This document shows positions 55,983-64,000 of a DNA stretch of 64,000 bases, in pieces (positions within the stretch are counted from its first letter, which is position 1; each line of letters begins with the position of its first letter). The DNA is from Escherichia phage FEC14. Location: the sequence record MG383452, one strand, 5' to 3'. The notes under the pieces were generated by a model, which did not search any database, was not told where the DNA came from, and saw only the letters and a program-made list of their open reading frames with translations. The position numbers were made by a program, and so were the translations under genes.

Positions 55983-56777
55983 TTAGCAGAAACTCTTGTA
56001 TGCTGCCGCCAGTTTAGTATCATACTGGTTTTTCGCATATGCCGGACCATTGTACCGACGAGCAAACTCGGCCCAATTCTTGTTCTTCAGGGCTTTCCAC
56101 ATATTGGCATCAGCCTTGATGAACTTGACAAATGCCAGAAGATGAGCGCGTTCACCAGTCAGGAAATCAGTGAACATCTCTTTGGCATTTGAATAGCCAC
56201 AGATTTGGCAGTTGAACCCCATGATCTGGAATAGGCCGTAGGAAGCACTCTCGTAAGCGCAGTCCTCGTCAAGGGCGATTGCACCCTGAAGGCGTTCCAA
56301 CTCCGCGTCTCCGCCGATATACCCGCCAGAATTGGGGTTAACCAATGTTGGGTAGAGTTGGTACAGAGCATTGGCTCTTGCTTGCCCGAATTTGGCCGTC
56401 ACCTTTTTGTACATGATGTGGCGCTCAAACAGAGTTTTGATCTTGCCAGTTTTGGTAAAACCCGTGCCACGGGATTCTACCTGGTTCACCGCTTTCATAC
56501 TGGCCAGCTCAACACCAAGTTCACGTGCTGCGTCAACCAAGTCCGCTTCGGTCAGATGTTCCTGGTGAGCGTCTCCAGCGTTGCGGATAGCATAGAAGGT
56601 CTTTGGCCCAGCAATACCATCAATAACCAATCCAGCACCTGCCTGAACGGATTTGACGGCATTCTCTGTTGCCTTACCAAATATGCCATCGGCTGTAAGA
56701 GAGAAACCGATTTTGTTGAGGCTTTGTTGAAGTGCTTTGACTTCAGAACCTCGGTTGCCAAGTTTTAGAATGGCCAT
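55983..56777 (-). CDS. endolysin: peptidoglycan-binding domain plus N-acetylmuramidase-like catalytic domain
   Basis: N-terminal PG-binding repeat 'LKLGNRGSEVKALQQSLNKIGF...DGIFGKATENAVKSVQ'; C-terminal 'ASYGLFQIMGFN' muramidase-like motif. Confidence 0.65.
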   Translation of the reverse strand: MAILKLGNRGSEVKALQQSLNKIGFSLTADGIFGKATENAVKSVQAGAGLVIDGIAGPKTFYAIRNAGDAHQEHLTEADLVDAARELGVELASMKAVNQVESRGTGFTKTGKIKTLFERHIMYKKVTAKFGQARANALYQLYPTLVNPNSGGYIGGDAELERLQGAIALDEDCAYESASYGLFQIMGFNCQICGYSNAKEMFTDFLTGERAHLLAFVKFIKADANMWKALKNKNWAEFARRYNGPAYAKNQYDTKLAAAYKSFC

Positions 56778-56846
56778 AAGAAAATACCTCCGCAATGTAT
56801 GCGAAGGTATTTAAAGTGAAAGTCGAACTTGAGGATTTAGTGTCGA

Positions 56847-57035
56847 TTATCTGACTACGACGATAGGCATGATTTCTTTGAAGGAAGTCCTAACTTCGGA
56901 ATCATACCCATATTTTTCAAATATTTTCAACATCGCTTGTTCCAGTTCCTCTTGGAACTGAGGAAAGTGCGCGTTGGGAATTCGGTCGGCAACCCATAGA
57001 GCGCCAGGAGAGGCTTGGATAATTGCTCTACTCAT
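56847..57035 (-). CDS. hypothetical small protein
   Basis: 62-aa ORF. Confidence 0.4.
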   Translation of the reverse strand: MSRAIIQASPGALWVADRIPNAHFPQFQEELEQAMLKIFEKYGYDSEVRTSFKEIMPIVVVR

Positions 57036-57065
57036 GTCTCATTCTCCTACCAAAACTTTGAAAGG

Positions 57066-57086
57066 GGGAGGTTTCCCCCTTGCGGT
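57066..57086 (-). terminator. rho-independent terminator
   Basis: 'agggggaggtttccccct' at the 3' end of the 57086..57574 gene. Confidence 0.5.
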
Positions 57087-57574
57087 TAAGCCAGTTTGTT
57101 CACCAGAGTTTCTACTGCGTCGGCGCTCAGTTTACCCATTTTGACATACTGGGATTTCGCTTCACCGCCAGCGGCTTTCACGATATCGCTGTTGTCATAA
57201 CCCTTTTTCGGGAATACCATCACGGAGAAGGTTCCGTTGTTCAGCGGGTTCAGCTGAATGCGACCTTTACCGACTACGATGGTGCCGTAAGTTTCGGTGT
57301 TCGCTTCGACAACGTGGATGTCATGGCCCAGGTCTTTCAGCATGCCAACCTTGTCAGCAGTCTTGGCAACCACGGCTTTGTCTACGACAACCTGCTCTAC
57401 CAGGGTGAAGCCGTTGGTCGCTTTCACTTTGCCGTTCAGCAGATTCATGAAGGAAGTTTTGCCACCAGTGAAGCCAGCTGCCTGAGCGATGCGGAACATT
57501 TCAACTTTTGCAACTTCGGTGTTCAGTTCAAAAGAGATGGTGCCGTTGGTGATCAGAGTTTTGGTAGTAGCCAT
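57086..57574 (-). CDS. hypothetical protein
   Basis: ATG with 'GAGGAATTACATC' upstream; early-type promoter ('CTTTACT', 17 nt, 'TATTAT') about 60 nt upstream. Confidence 0.55.
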   Translation of the reverse strand: MATTKTLITNGTISFELNTEVAKVEMFRIAQAAGFTGGKTSFMNLLNGKVKATNGFTLVEQVVVDKAVVAKTADKVGMLKDLGHDIHVVEANTETYGTIVVGKGRIQLNPLNNGTFSVMVFPKKGYDNSDIVKAAGGEAKSQYVKMGKLSADAVETLVNKLA

Positions 57575-57724
57575 GATGTAATTCCTCATAATGTAGTTGG
57601 GTCGTTTCACTTTTCATTCGGCGGGGTGTTGTGTACCGCCCTATGTGAACTATAATAGTGCATGATTATTGAAGAGTAAAGTCTTTTTCAATAAATTTTT
57701 AAATTATTTTTGAAGTATTTTAAA

Positions 57725-57747
57725 AGGCCTCGTAGAATGAGGCCTAG
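57725..57747 (-). terminator. rho-independent terminator
   Basis: 'aaggcctcgtagaatgaggcct'; on the minus strand followed by 'tttt'. Confidence 0.55.
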
Positions 57748-57773
57748 AGAGAAGGTTTTTGAGTTAAAAAGTT

Positions 57774-57983
57774 TTAGGTCGGCTTCTTTTTCAAATACTG
57801 GCGAGCCAAATTCATTTGTTCTTCAGTGATAGGACAACCGCCGAAGTCCACCATTCCGTTCCTCCAACCATGGATGAAACTCTTAGATTCTAAACCAGAT
57901 AGGACATATCCTTCACGGGCTTGCATATACCCGCGAAGAATCTCTTCATCGTCCATACTATTCAGTTCTTTCAAATCCATCAT
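57774..57983 (-). CDS. hypothetical small protein
   Basis: 69-aa ORF overlapping the primase stop by 4 nt. Confidence 0.45.
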   Translation of the reverse strand: MMDLKELNSMDDEEILRGYMQAREGYVLSGLESKSFIHGWRNGMVDFGGCPITEEQMNLARQYLKKKPT

Positions 57984-59044
57984 ATCTTCCTCAAGTCAGA
58001 AAATCGTAAGGACGCCGACAGTCCCTGATATACGTTCTTGGCTATGATCTGAAGCAGATCCCGTATCGGGATATTTCCCTTGTCGGGGCGAACCATATCA
58101 TTGATATCCTTCCACGGTATTTCCGGTGGAAACAGAACGACTTTGACTCCGCTGTCTATCATCTTCTGTATACCGTCACAAACTTGTTTGTTCCTGTATT
58201 GGTTATCGGGGATATAGATGTCTCCCTTAGCACTTAATAAGTCGGCATCGGCAGTCGCAAGACAATTAGGTAGAAACAAGCTATCAATTGGACCTTCTAC
58301 TACCAACTTTGTTTTGTTCCAAATGATGCGCTCTTCCCCGTAGATTTTAGTGTCTTCGTTCTTAGGCTTGACAGTGGCATACCGTAATACCCCATCAGGA
58401 AGGTTATCGCCGAATGCGCGCCCCTGAACTATCTTCATGCGCCCGTCTTGGGTCCAGAATGGGATTACCAGCCGCTCATCTTCGGGTATCTTCTTTTGCT
58501 TCTCAACATCCGTTTCGAAACTCAGAAGATCTTGACGAAAATTCCTGCTGTAATACAACAAAGATAACGTGCTCTCCGGCATTCCCCTGCCTTCAACGTA
58601 ACGACGGGCGATATGATCACGGTCAAGAAGATCAAGGCGTATCATATTCCCAAGGTGCTCTTCATCTCGTTTGGCGACCTGAGAACCGATACGCGCTGTC
58701 TGGGTCAGGCGCTGTAGTGGTTTGAGTTTTTGTAACGGGCGGGAACTGGTATCCCCCATGATCCTGAATTTTTCAAGGTTGTATTCATTATACAGACGCT
58801 CGTCAAACTTCTTCAACCAGAATTCAAACGCCCAACCGCTCATTTCATTACAGTTGTGGCACTTGAAACGAAACACATCGTCATCACGATCATAAAAGAA
58901 GTGACCACGACGCTTGTTGGCACTCTTCTTAGAATCCCCGCATAATGGGCAACGAAATTTGGCGACAGCGCCAACACGTTCCCAGCTGAATTTATCAAGT
59001 CGGGGGGCGAGAAAATTGATGTATTGTTCGTCCAAGAATTTCAT
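57980..59044 (-). CDS. DNA primase (gp61-like)
   Basis: Zinc ribbon 'FRCPLCGDSKKS...CHNC'; 'KIYGEERI', 'EGPIDSLFLP' and 'WKDINDM' parallel T4 gp61. Confidence 0.85.
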   Translation of the reverse strand: MKFLDEQYINFLAPRLDKFSWERVGAVAKFRCPLCGDSKKSANKRRGHFFYDRDDDVFRFKCHNCNEMSGWAFEFWLKKFDERLYNEYNLEKFRIMGDTSSRPLQKLKPLQRLTQTARIGSQVAKRDEEHLGNMIRLDLLDRDHIARRYVEGRGMPESTLSLLYYSRNFRQDLLSFETDVEKQKKIPEDERLVIPFWTQDGRMKIVQGRAFGDNLPDGVLRYATVKPKNEDTKIYGEERIIWNKTKLVVEGPIDSLFLPNCLATADADLLSAKGDIYIPDNQYRNKQVCDGIQKMIDSGVKVVLFPPEIPWKDINDMVRPDKGNIPIRDLLQIIAKNVYQGLSASLRFSDLRKI

Positions 59045-59661
59045 TAGATATTTGGCCTCTGGAACACTTCTGTCACATTATAATCCACCCCGCGACTTTG
59101 AGCTATGCAAAGCTGTCGCCAAGCCCCATACAGAATATTTTGTTCCGCAACCTGATTGCGTTCAAAGTGGGCGAATTCTTCCAGCATCTGTTTGTACCCT
59201 AATAGATAATGAGGGATATCTGTAGGACTTCTTTTGCCCAAAGATTTAGACAAATATGATGCATAATGTTCCGGTGAAGACAAAGAGGAATATTGCATAT
59301 TTGGAACGTGAACGGGCTTCAAAGATTTTCTAGGGGTGAAGTACAACAAACCCCATTTGGGAGGGAGGTCTTCAATTTTAATAACATCTGCTGGGCAAAC
59401 ATAGAAACGATATGCTCCCATGCCTATGGAAGGATTCATGCGATGAGGTTTCTTTTTGTCTGTCAGGAAGTCGGCGCGGGAGACTTTAACTTCCATTAAT
59501 ATAGAACAACCCCCAGGTCTGAACCCGATGGCGTCAGGGGATTCACGATTATCGAATGAATTTGGTTCTACGAACACAGCACCACAATTCATTTGTTTGT
59601 GTAGAAATTTTGCAGCGATTTGACAACCTTCTGAGTGAGAAGGTATAAAGATTTTGCCCAT
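59044..59661 (-). CDS. PD-(D/E)xK nuclease-like protein (putative)
   Basis: 'PDAIGFRPGG...LMEVKVS' resembles the D...ExK catalytic core. Confidence 0.35.
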   Translation of the reverse strand: MGKIFIPSHSEGCQIAAKFLHKQMNCGAVFVEPNSFDNRESPDAIGFRPGGCSILMEVKVSRADFLTDKKKPHRMNPSIGMGAYRFYVCPADVIKIEDLPPKWGLLYFTPRKSLKPVHVPNMQYSSLSSPEHYASYLSKSLGKRSPTDIPHYLLGYKQMLEEFAHFERNQVAEQNILYGAWRQLCIAQSRGVDYNVTEVFQRPNI

Positions 59662-59724
59662 TGTTATCTGTATCCTATTGATGACGAATGGGCAAAATTA
59701 TAACCTGACGATGATCCTATTGAG

Positions 59725-60078
59725 TTAGGACAATTGCTTCAGTTTGTAAATCGTTTGATAGCACAAAGTTTTGATTTCGTCAAGCGTGTTTTGTAAATGG
59801 CTATCACACTGATTGTAGATCCCATTAACGTCGATGACCACGCTGTTGATATACGATATCGGTTCAGGATTGTATAATTTGATGTTCTCGAATCCTGGAA
59901 TGTATATACCACCCGCACCAATATACGCTTCCGTAAAGGTGTCTAGCAAGTCCTCCAGTTCCCCGTAGAACTCCCCGAGTGCCTTGTGCTTGGCGTAGGA
60001 CGTTGTAACGAAGTGCAGGGCATGAGAGTGGGCTATAGCAAGCAGTCCACGGTTGATGAAAATACTCGCGTTAACCAT
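59725..60078 (-). CDS. hypothetical protein
   Basis: 117-aa ORF. Confidence 0.45.
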   Translation of the reverse strand: MVNASIFINRGLLAIAHSHALHFVTTSYAKHKALGEFYGELEDLLDTFTEAYIGAGGIYIPGFENIKLYNPEPISYINSVVIDVNGIYNQCDSHLQNTLDEIKTLCYQTIYKLKQLS

Positions 60079-60167
60079 GATTTGTTTCCTGTATTGTGAA
60101 CCATCTAGTATTTAGTGTTAATGGGTTCATGAGGTACTATATAGAATAATATAACTGGAGAAAGAAA

Positions 60168-60773
60168 ATGAAAACTTTTCAAGACTTTTTGACCGAAGCC
60201 GCGCCGCCGATGTCTGTTCATATCAAGGCAGACAAGATCGGCAAATCCACCGAAGACAATATCGGTACTTTCTTGCGAGTTAGTGTTAGTGGCGACAAAG
60301 CCACCTTTGAAACCCCTGATGGTCGTAAGATAATCCTGACGGGTGCCAGAGACATCATTTCCGCATCTGGTCTGAAAGATGGACAGTTTGCCAGTGCCCA
60401 GATGATTGACAAGGTTGATACTGACACCGCTGTCAAGTACAACAAATCAGGCAAATATATTGACTTGTTGGATGTCAAATCAGGTATGGGCAATTCCTTT
60501 ATCTCCATTGACGGCAACAAGCAATGGAAAGAAATGACTGAAGGTGGTTGGTATGCGTATAAAGGCGGTCGCCCCGGCTTGGCTCGTTATAAGATCGCCA
60601 TGGTTATGGGACCTCATGCGGGTATGCCATCTCCTGGGGAAGATATTGAATACGAGTTACCGAATGGCGGCAAAGAACGCGGAACCGTCATGAAACTGAA
60701 TGGTGCATCCAAGCTGATGGACGTCAAAAACGAAAAAGGTAAGAAAGTACAAGTCAGTATGTATGTGAAATAA
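60168..60773 (+). CDS. protein with capsid-targeting-sequence-like N-terminus (candidate internal head protein)
   Basis: N-terminus 'MKTFQDFLTEA' closely resembles the T4 CTS 'MKTYQEFIAEA'; 201 aa. Confidence 0.55.
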   Translation: MKTFQDFLTEAAPPMSVHIKADKIGKSTEDNIGTFLRVSVSGDKATFETPDGRKIILTGARDIISASGLKDGQFASAQMIDKVDTDTAVKYNKSGKYIDLLDVKSGMGNSFISIDGNKQWKEMTEGGWYAYKGGRPGLARYKIAMVMGPHAGMPSPGEDIEYELPNGGKERGTVMKLNGASKLMDVKNEKGKKVQVSMYVK

Positions 60774-60775
60774 CA

Positions 60776-60798
60776 AAACCCCGCGAAAGCGGGGTTTC
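60776..60798. terminator. bidirectional rho-independent terminator
   Basis: 'aaaaccccgcgaaagcggggttt' followed by 'cttttat', between convergent genes. Confidence 0.6.
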
Positions 60799-60800
60799 TT

Positions 60801-61040
60801 TTATGGCTTGACCAGAGTCATCTTGACGGTTTCACCCGTGTCGGTGTCTGTCAGGGTCATGACGTCTTGTGCGTTCACAGACTTCACTTTCCCCTGCCGC
60901 TTGTCGCCGTTGCGGTTGTAGTAGTCGATCAGTTCGCCTTTGGTTGGGCGGCCAACATCGGTGATGTCATACTGACCGCGCTTCCCCAGCGCCCGATGGT
61001 CTGTTGCTTCCTTCAGCAGGAAGTCCTGGAACCCTTTCAT
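60801..61040 (-). CDS. small protein with capsid-targeting-sequence-like N-terminus
   Basis: N-terminus 'MKGFQDFLLKEA'; 79 aa. Confidence 0.5.
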   Translation of the reverse strand: MKGFQDFLLKEATDHRALGKRGQYDITDVGRPTKGELIDYYNRNGDKRQGKVKSVNAQDVMTLTDTDTGETVKMTLVKP

Positions 61041-61048
61041 ACATCCCC

Positions 61049-61618
61049 CTAGACAGGCTTAACGCCGAGGAACTTGGCGATATCAGCAGCCAGGTTTTTA
61101 CCCTTGCTGATGTCCTGCTCTTTGCCGTTGCAGGTGACGATCACATATGGGTCGTCTTCGCCGCCGAAGTTCACGGTGATCGCCTTGCCGATGCCTGGGA
61201 TACCAGAGTATTCGAACTCAGTGCGACCACTTTTGCGGGACTTGCCAACACCCAGTGCTTTACCGATCATCTTGTCCATGTTCGCCAGTTCCTGAGCATA
61301 GGCTTCGGTCACCTGGCCTTTGTCAGCAGACTTGCCAAAGAAGAATTCGAAACCGTCATGGACAGCAACGACTTCCTGACCTTGGGAGATACCGTGAGTC
61401 TGGTCTGGGGTTAGTTTGACTTTTGCTGTGTTACCGTCAGTGAGTTCCAGGTTGTAGACATCCGCCTGATTGTCAGGGGTGATCTGGGTGATGACAGCTC
61501 CAGAGCACCACAATGTTCCATCAGCTTGGCTTTTGATGGATATACTCTTGCCCTGGATGCCAGCATGGGTCTGAGGCTGAGCGGCTTGTTCTTTGAAATA
61601 TTGAAGGAACGGTTTCAT
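61049..61618 (-). CDS. protein with CTS-like N-terminus (candidate internal head protein)
   Basis: N-terminus 'MKPFLQYFKEQA'; 189 aa. Confidence 0.45.
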   Translation of the reverse strand: MKPFLQYFKEQAAQPQTHAGIQGKSISIKSQADGTLWCSGAVITQITPDNQADVYNLELTDGNTAKVKLTPDQTHGISQGQEVVAVHDGFEFFFGKSADKGQVTEAYAQELANMDKMIGKALGVGKSRKSGRTEFEYSGIPGIGKAITVNFGGEDDPYVIVTCNGKEQDISKGKNLAADIAKFLGVKPV

Positions 61619-61649
61619 CTTAATCTCCTCGGGGATTTCAGTTATTTAT

Positions 61650-61667
61650 AAGCCCCCGAAGGGGCTT
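61650..61667 (-). terminator. rho-independent terminator
   Basis: 'aagcccccgaaggggctt', 8 nt past the stop of the 638-aa gene. Confidence 0.55.
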
Positions 61668-61674
61668 TCGATGA

Positions 61675-63591
61675 TCAGATCTTAATCTGCATATTGCCGC
61701 CCAGGGACTGCTCGTACTCGCTGTACGCGCTTTCCCCGTTGCTTGCAGCCCATTCGTCAGACTGCTGAGCGCGAGACAGAGTCATCAGGTTTGGTTCAGT
61801 CGGGTTGTATCCCTTGGACTTAGCATCCTGGTACAGAGTCTGCAGGTACTGGTTAGCGCGATCGATTTGAGCCTTGAACTCGCGATATGCACCTTCGGTT
61901 GTGTTACGACGGAAGGTGATATCCCAGTCCACGTTCAGAGTCTGACCATCACGGCTTGCATAGATCTGCCAATCCAGGTCGCGACCTTTTGGAGCGTTGT
62001 CGCGGATGGAGCCTGCATATGTTGCCAGGTCTACACCAGTCTTTTTAGCGGTCGCTAAAACCAAGGGTGCCAAGCGATCAATAGCGGTTTGCACTATTGC
62101 GGTCAGTTTGGACGGTTTGGTGATGTCGATGTCTCGGATGACGATAGGCTGGCCGATGGTCTTCCCATTCGGTCCATATTCGGTAATTGCTTTGACAGTC
62201 AGCACAATAGGATCACTTCCTTTGGTGATACCACGGTTGATCGTCGCTGTTACAGCCCCTTTCGCGCCAAAAGAGACACTACCGGAGGCCATCGTAGAAG
62301 AAGACACACCACGAAGTTCATTTACTTTGTAGAATGCGTTCACCAGAGCACGCCAGCGGTCTGTTGTGAGTTCGGCTGCCGTGGTTTGAGCAGGAGCCAC
62401 AGCCCCAACGCCAAATTCAACATAAGCCACAATCTTGCCACCCGACTTCAGTTCCCAACCCATACCCTGACGGTCAGAAGCCGCCATGAGTTTACGATCC
62501 ACTTCCCCACGACCAACATATTCTTTGTTGAATACGGTCACCTGAGCGATAGATTGGGAGCGGGCAATCTTCGCCATTGCGCCATCTTTGACCATGATGG
62601 CCAGATCATTGGAACTCAGAGTCACGTCGTTGGCACCGACTACCTTCACAACAGAACTGAAGATGCCGTTGGATTTCGCCATGACGGAAATGTTCCAGTC
62701 AGGGTTGGCATCACTGGTCGGGAAGTTAATTTCACGCCAGTCTTTGACGCGTTGGTTGAAATTATTGAGCAGATCCGAAGGAGGAACAGGAACACCAAAT
62801 TCACGACAAATATCTTCTACGGTCGGTTCTACCACCTGCTTTCTACCGTTCTGACCAACGAGGACATCGGCCTCACTCAGGCTTGGGGTAATGTCCAAGT
62901 CAAATGTGCCACGCTGATAATAGTTGATGCGAGGAGGCTGACCGATCTTACCACGCCATGACCAGGTTGCGGGATTGTTGGTAGTAGCGCCAACATTAGT
63001 GTCTTGAGTATCGTTCTGAACCGGAACGTCGCCGACCTTGTCTGGATCATCCCATGTGACACCTTTCATTTTCGGACCATCGAATACCTGAGCAGGATCC
63101 TTACCTTTACGCACAACCCATACGAATGCACGATCAGGGATAGGGGTATACGTCAGGTCCATGACATTGAGCTTCTGCTTCAGGCCGGACTGACGGATGA
63201 TCTTCGGCAGGAGGGTAACACCACGTTCCAATGCTTTCTTGGAGAAGTTAATTGCAAAGCCGTCAATGGTTTTCCCCAAAGGCGTCGCCATGAATTGCTT
63301 TGTTGCTTCGATCATGGATGCGATGACACGCATTGGGTTTTTGAAACGACCGATTGCGTCTGGATAGGTCGAACCACGTTTCTGGCCTATGAAGACCTGA
63401 CGAACGTTCTTGCCCAGCCCCTGCGGGGTATAAAATTGGATGCGGAATTCTTTTTCGTCTTCATCAACAAATGTGAAGAAAATGTCACCAGCGTTCTTCT
63501 TACCGAATGTCAATTCATACGGGGATGAGTTAAACGCTTCGTCTAATTGTTTAGACTCTTCAAGAAAGTTCAAGAAAGATGGGATGGCCAT
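61675..63591 (-). CDS. large protein with CTS-like N-terminus (candidate packaged protein, Alt-like size)
   Basis: 638 aa; N-terminus 'MAIPSFLNFLEES' has the hydrophobic-x-Glu pattern of gp21-cleaved CTS. No catalytic motif identified. Confidence 0.45.
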   Translation of the reverse strand: MAIPSFLNFLEESKQLDEAFNSSPYELTFGKKNAGDIFFTFVDEDEKEFRIQFYTPQGLGKNVRQVFIGQKRGSTYPDAIGRFKNPMRVIASMIEATKQFMATPLGKTIDGFAINFSKKALERGVTLLPKIIRQSGLKQKLNVMDLTYTPIPDRAFVWVVRKGKDPAQVFDGPKMKGVTWDDPDKVGDVPVQNDTQDTNVGATTNNPATWSWRGKIGQPPRINYYQRGTFDLDITPSLSEADVLVGQNGRKQVVEPTVEDICREFGVPVPPSDLLNNFNQRVKDWREINFPTSDANPDWNISVMAKSNGIFSSVVKVVGANDVTLSSNDLAIMVKDGAMAKIARSQSIAQVTVFNKEYVGRGEVDRKLMAASDRQGMGWELKSGGKIVAYVEFGVGAVAPAQTTAAELTTDRWRALVNAFYKVNELRGVSSSTMASGSVSFGAKGAVTATINRGITKGSDPIVLTVKAITEYGPNGKTIGQPIVIRDIDITKPSKLTAIVQTAIDRLAPLVLATAKKTGVDLATYAGSIRDNAPKGRDLDWQIYASRDGQTLNVDWDITFRRNTTEGAYREFKAQIDRANQYLQTLYQDAKSKGYNPTEPNLMTLSRAQQSDEWAASNGESAYSEYEQSLGGNMQIKI

Positions 63592-63669
63592 TGTAATTCT
63601 CCTGATTATAAAATCGGTGCGGTTTCCCTTAATTAGCGAAAAGAAAGGGATGCTAACACCCCTTTATTC

Positions 63670-63945
63670 TTAACGACGGAACGGGCGAGACGCGTTTTGG
63701 CGATTGTTGTAATTCTTATCAAATTGTGCCAACGCCGCCGGACTCCATTCGCGTTCCCATTCTTTGTCAACTTCGGTTTGGTTGGCAGGTTCAATCATTT
63801 CAGCAGTAGGAAAATCGCGTTTCATAATTTCACGCAATTGTTCAGAAGGGGCGGTTTGGGCGTGGACTAATTCTTCACCGTCGTAAACTTTGGCCATCAA
63901 CCATTTGCTGCCGTAACGGATATATGCGTCGAGGATGATTTTCAT
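63670..63945 (-). CDS. hypothetical small protein
   Basis: ATG preceded by 'AGCAGGAACTACATT'. Confidence 0.45.
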   Translation of the reverse strand: MKIILDAYIRYGSKWLMAKVYDGEELVHAQTAPSEQLREIMKRDFPTAEMIEPANQTEVDKEWEREWSPAALAQFDKNYNNRQNASRPFRR

Positions 63946-64000
63946 AATGTAGTTCCTGCTTTTCAAGTTGGTGTCGTACTGCTTATGTTTAGAATTATAC

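Noticed and set aside
62089-62961. 290-aa plus-strand ORF inside the 638-aa minus-strand gene
   Set aside because: Shadow ORF with an Arg/His-rich low-complexity product; the minus-strand gene has an SD, a terminator and a CTS-like N-terminus.
1-64000. CRISPR arrays, integrases, transposases or other mobile elements
   Set aside because: No repeat-spacer arrays (only two 2-copy tandem repeats) and no recombinase or transposase motifs recognised in any ORF.

Overview
This window reads as a segment of a T4-like (Tevenvirinae-like) myovirus genome, dense with genes on both strands, but the gene order is not syntenic with T4. All calls below rest on motifs read by eye and on recalled family signatures; no database search was run. 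Recognisable content: an rIIA-like GHKL ATPase and its downstream partner; topoisomerase II large and medium subunits; dCMP deaminase; a macro-domain protein and a DexA-like exonuclease; a QueC-like PP-loop ATPase; a baseplate block (gp5-like hub with a CHAP domain, gp25-like wedge, gp29-like protein); a replication/recombination set (DNA ligase, gp59-like loader, gp41 helicase, gp61 primase, UvsX, gp32 SSB); a nucleotide-metabolism set (NrdA, NrdB, glutaredoxin, thymidylate-synthase-family enzyme, dNMP kinase, a second P-loop kinase, two all-alpha NTP pyrophosphatase-like proteins); PhoH; a modular endolysin; a PspA-like protein; and a cluster of proteins carrying a T4-style capsid-targeting N-terminus. 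Regulatory signals include T4-like early promoters, TATAAATA late-promoter boxes and many GC-rich hairpin terminators. The most unusual sequence-level observation is a perfect 23-bp tandem duplication that frameshifts a metallophosphoesterase gene. About half the ORFs have no function I can support.
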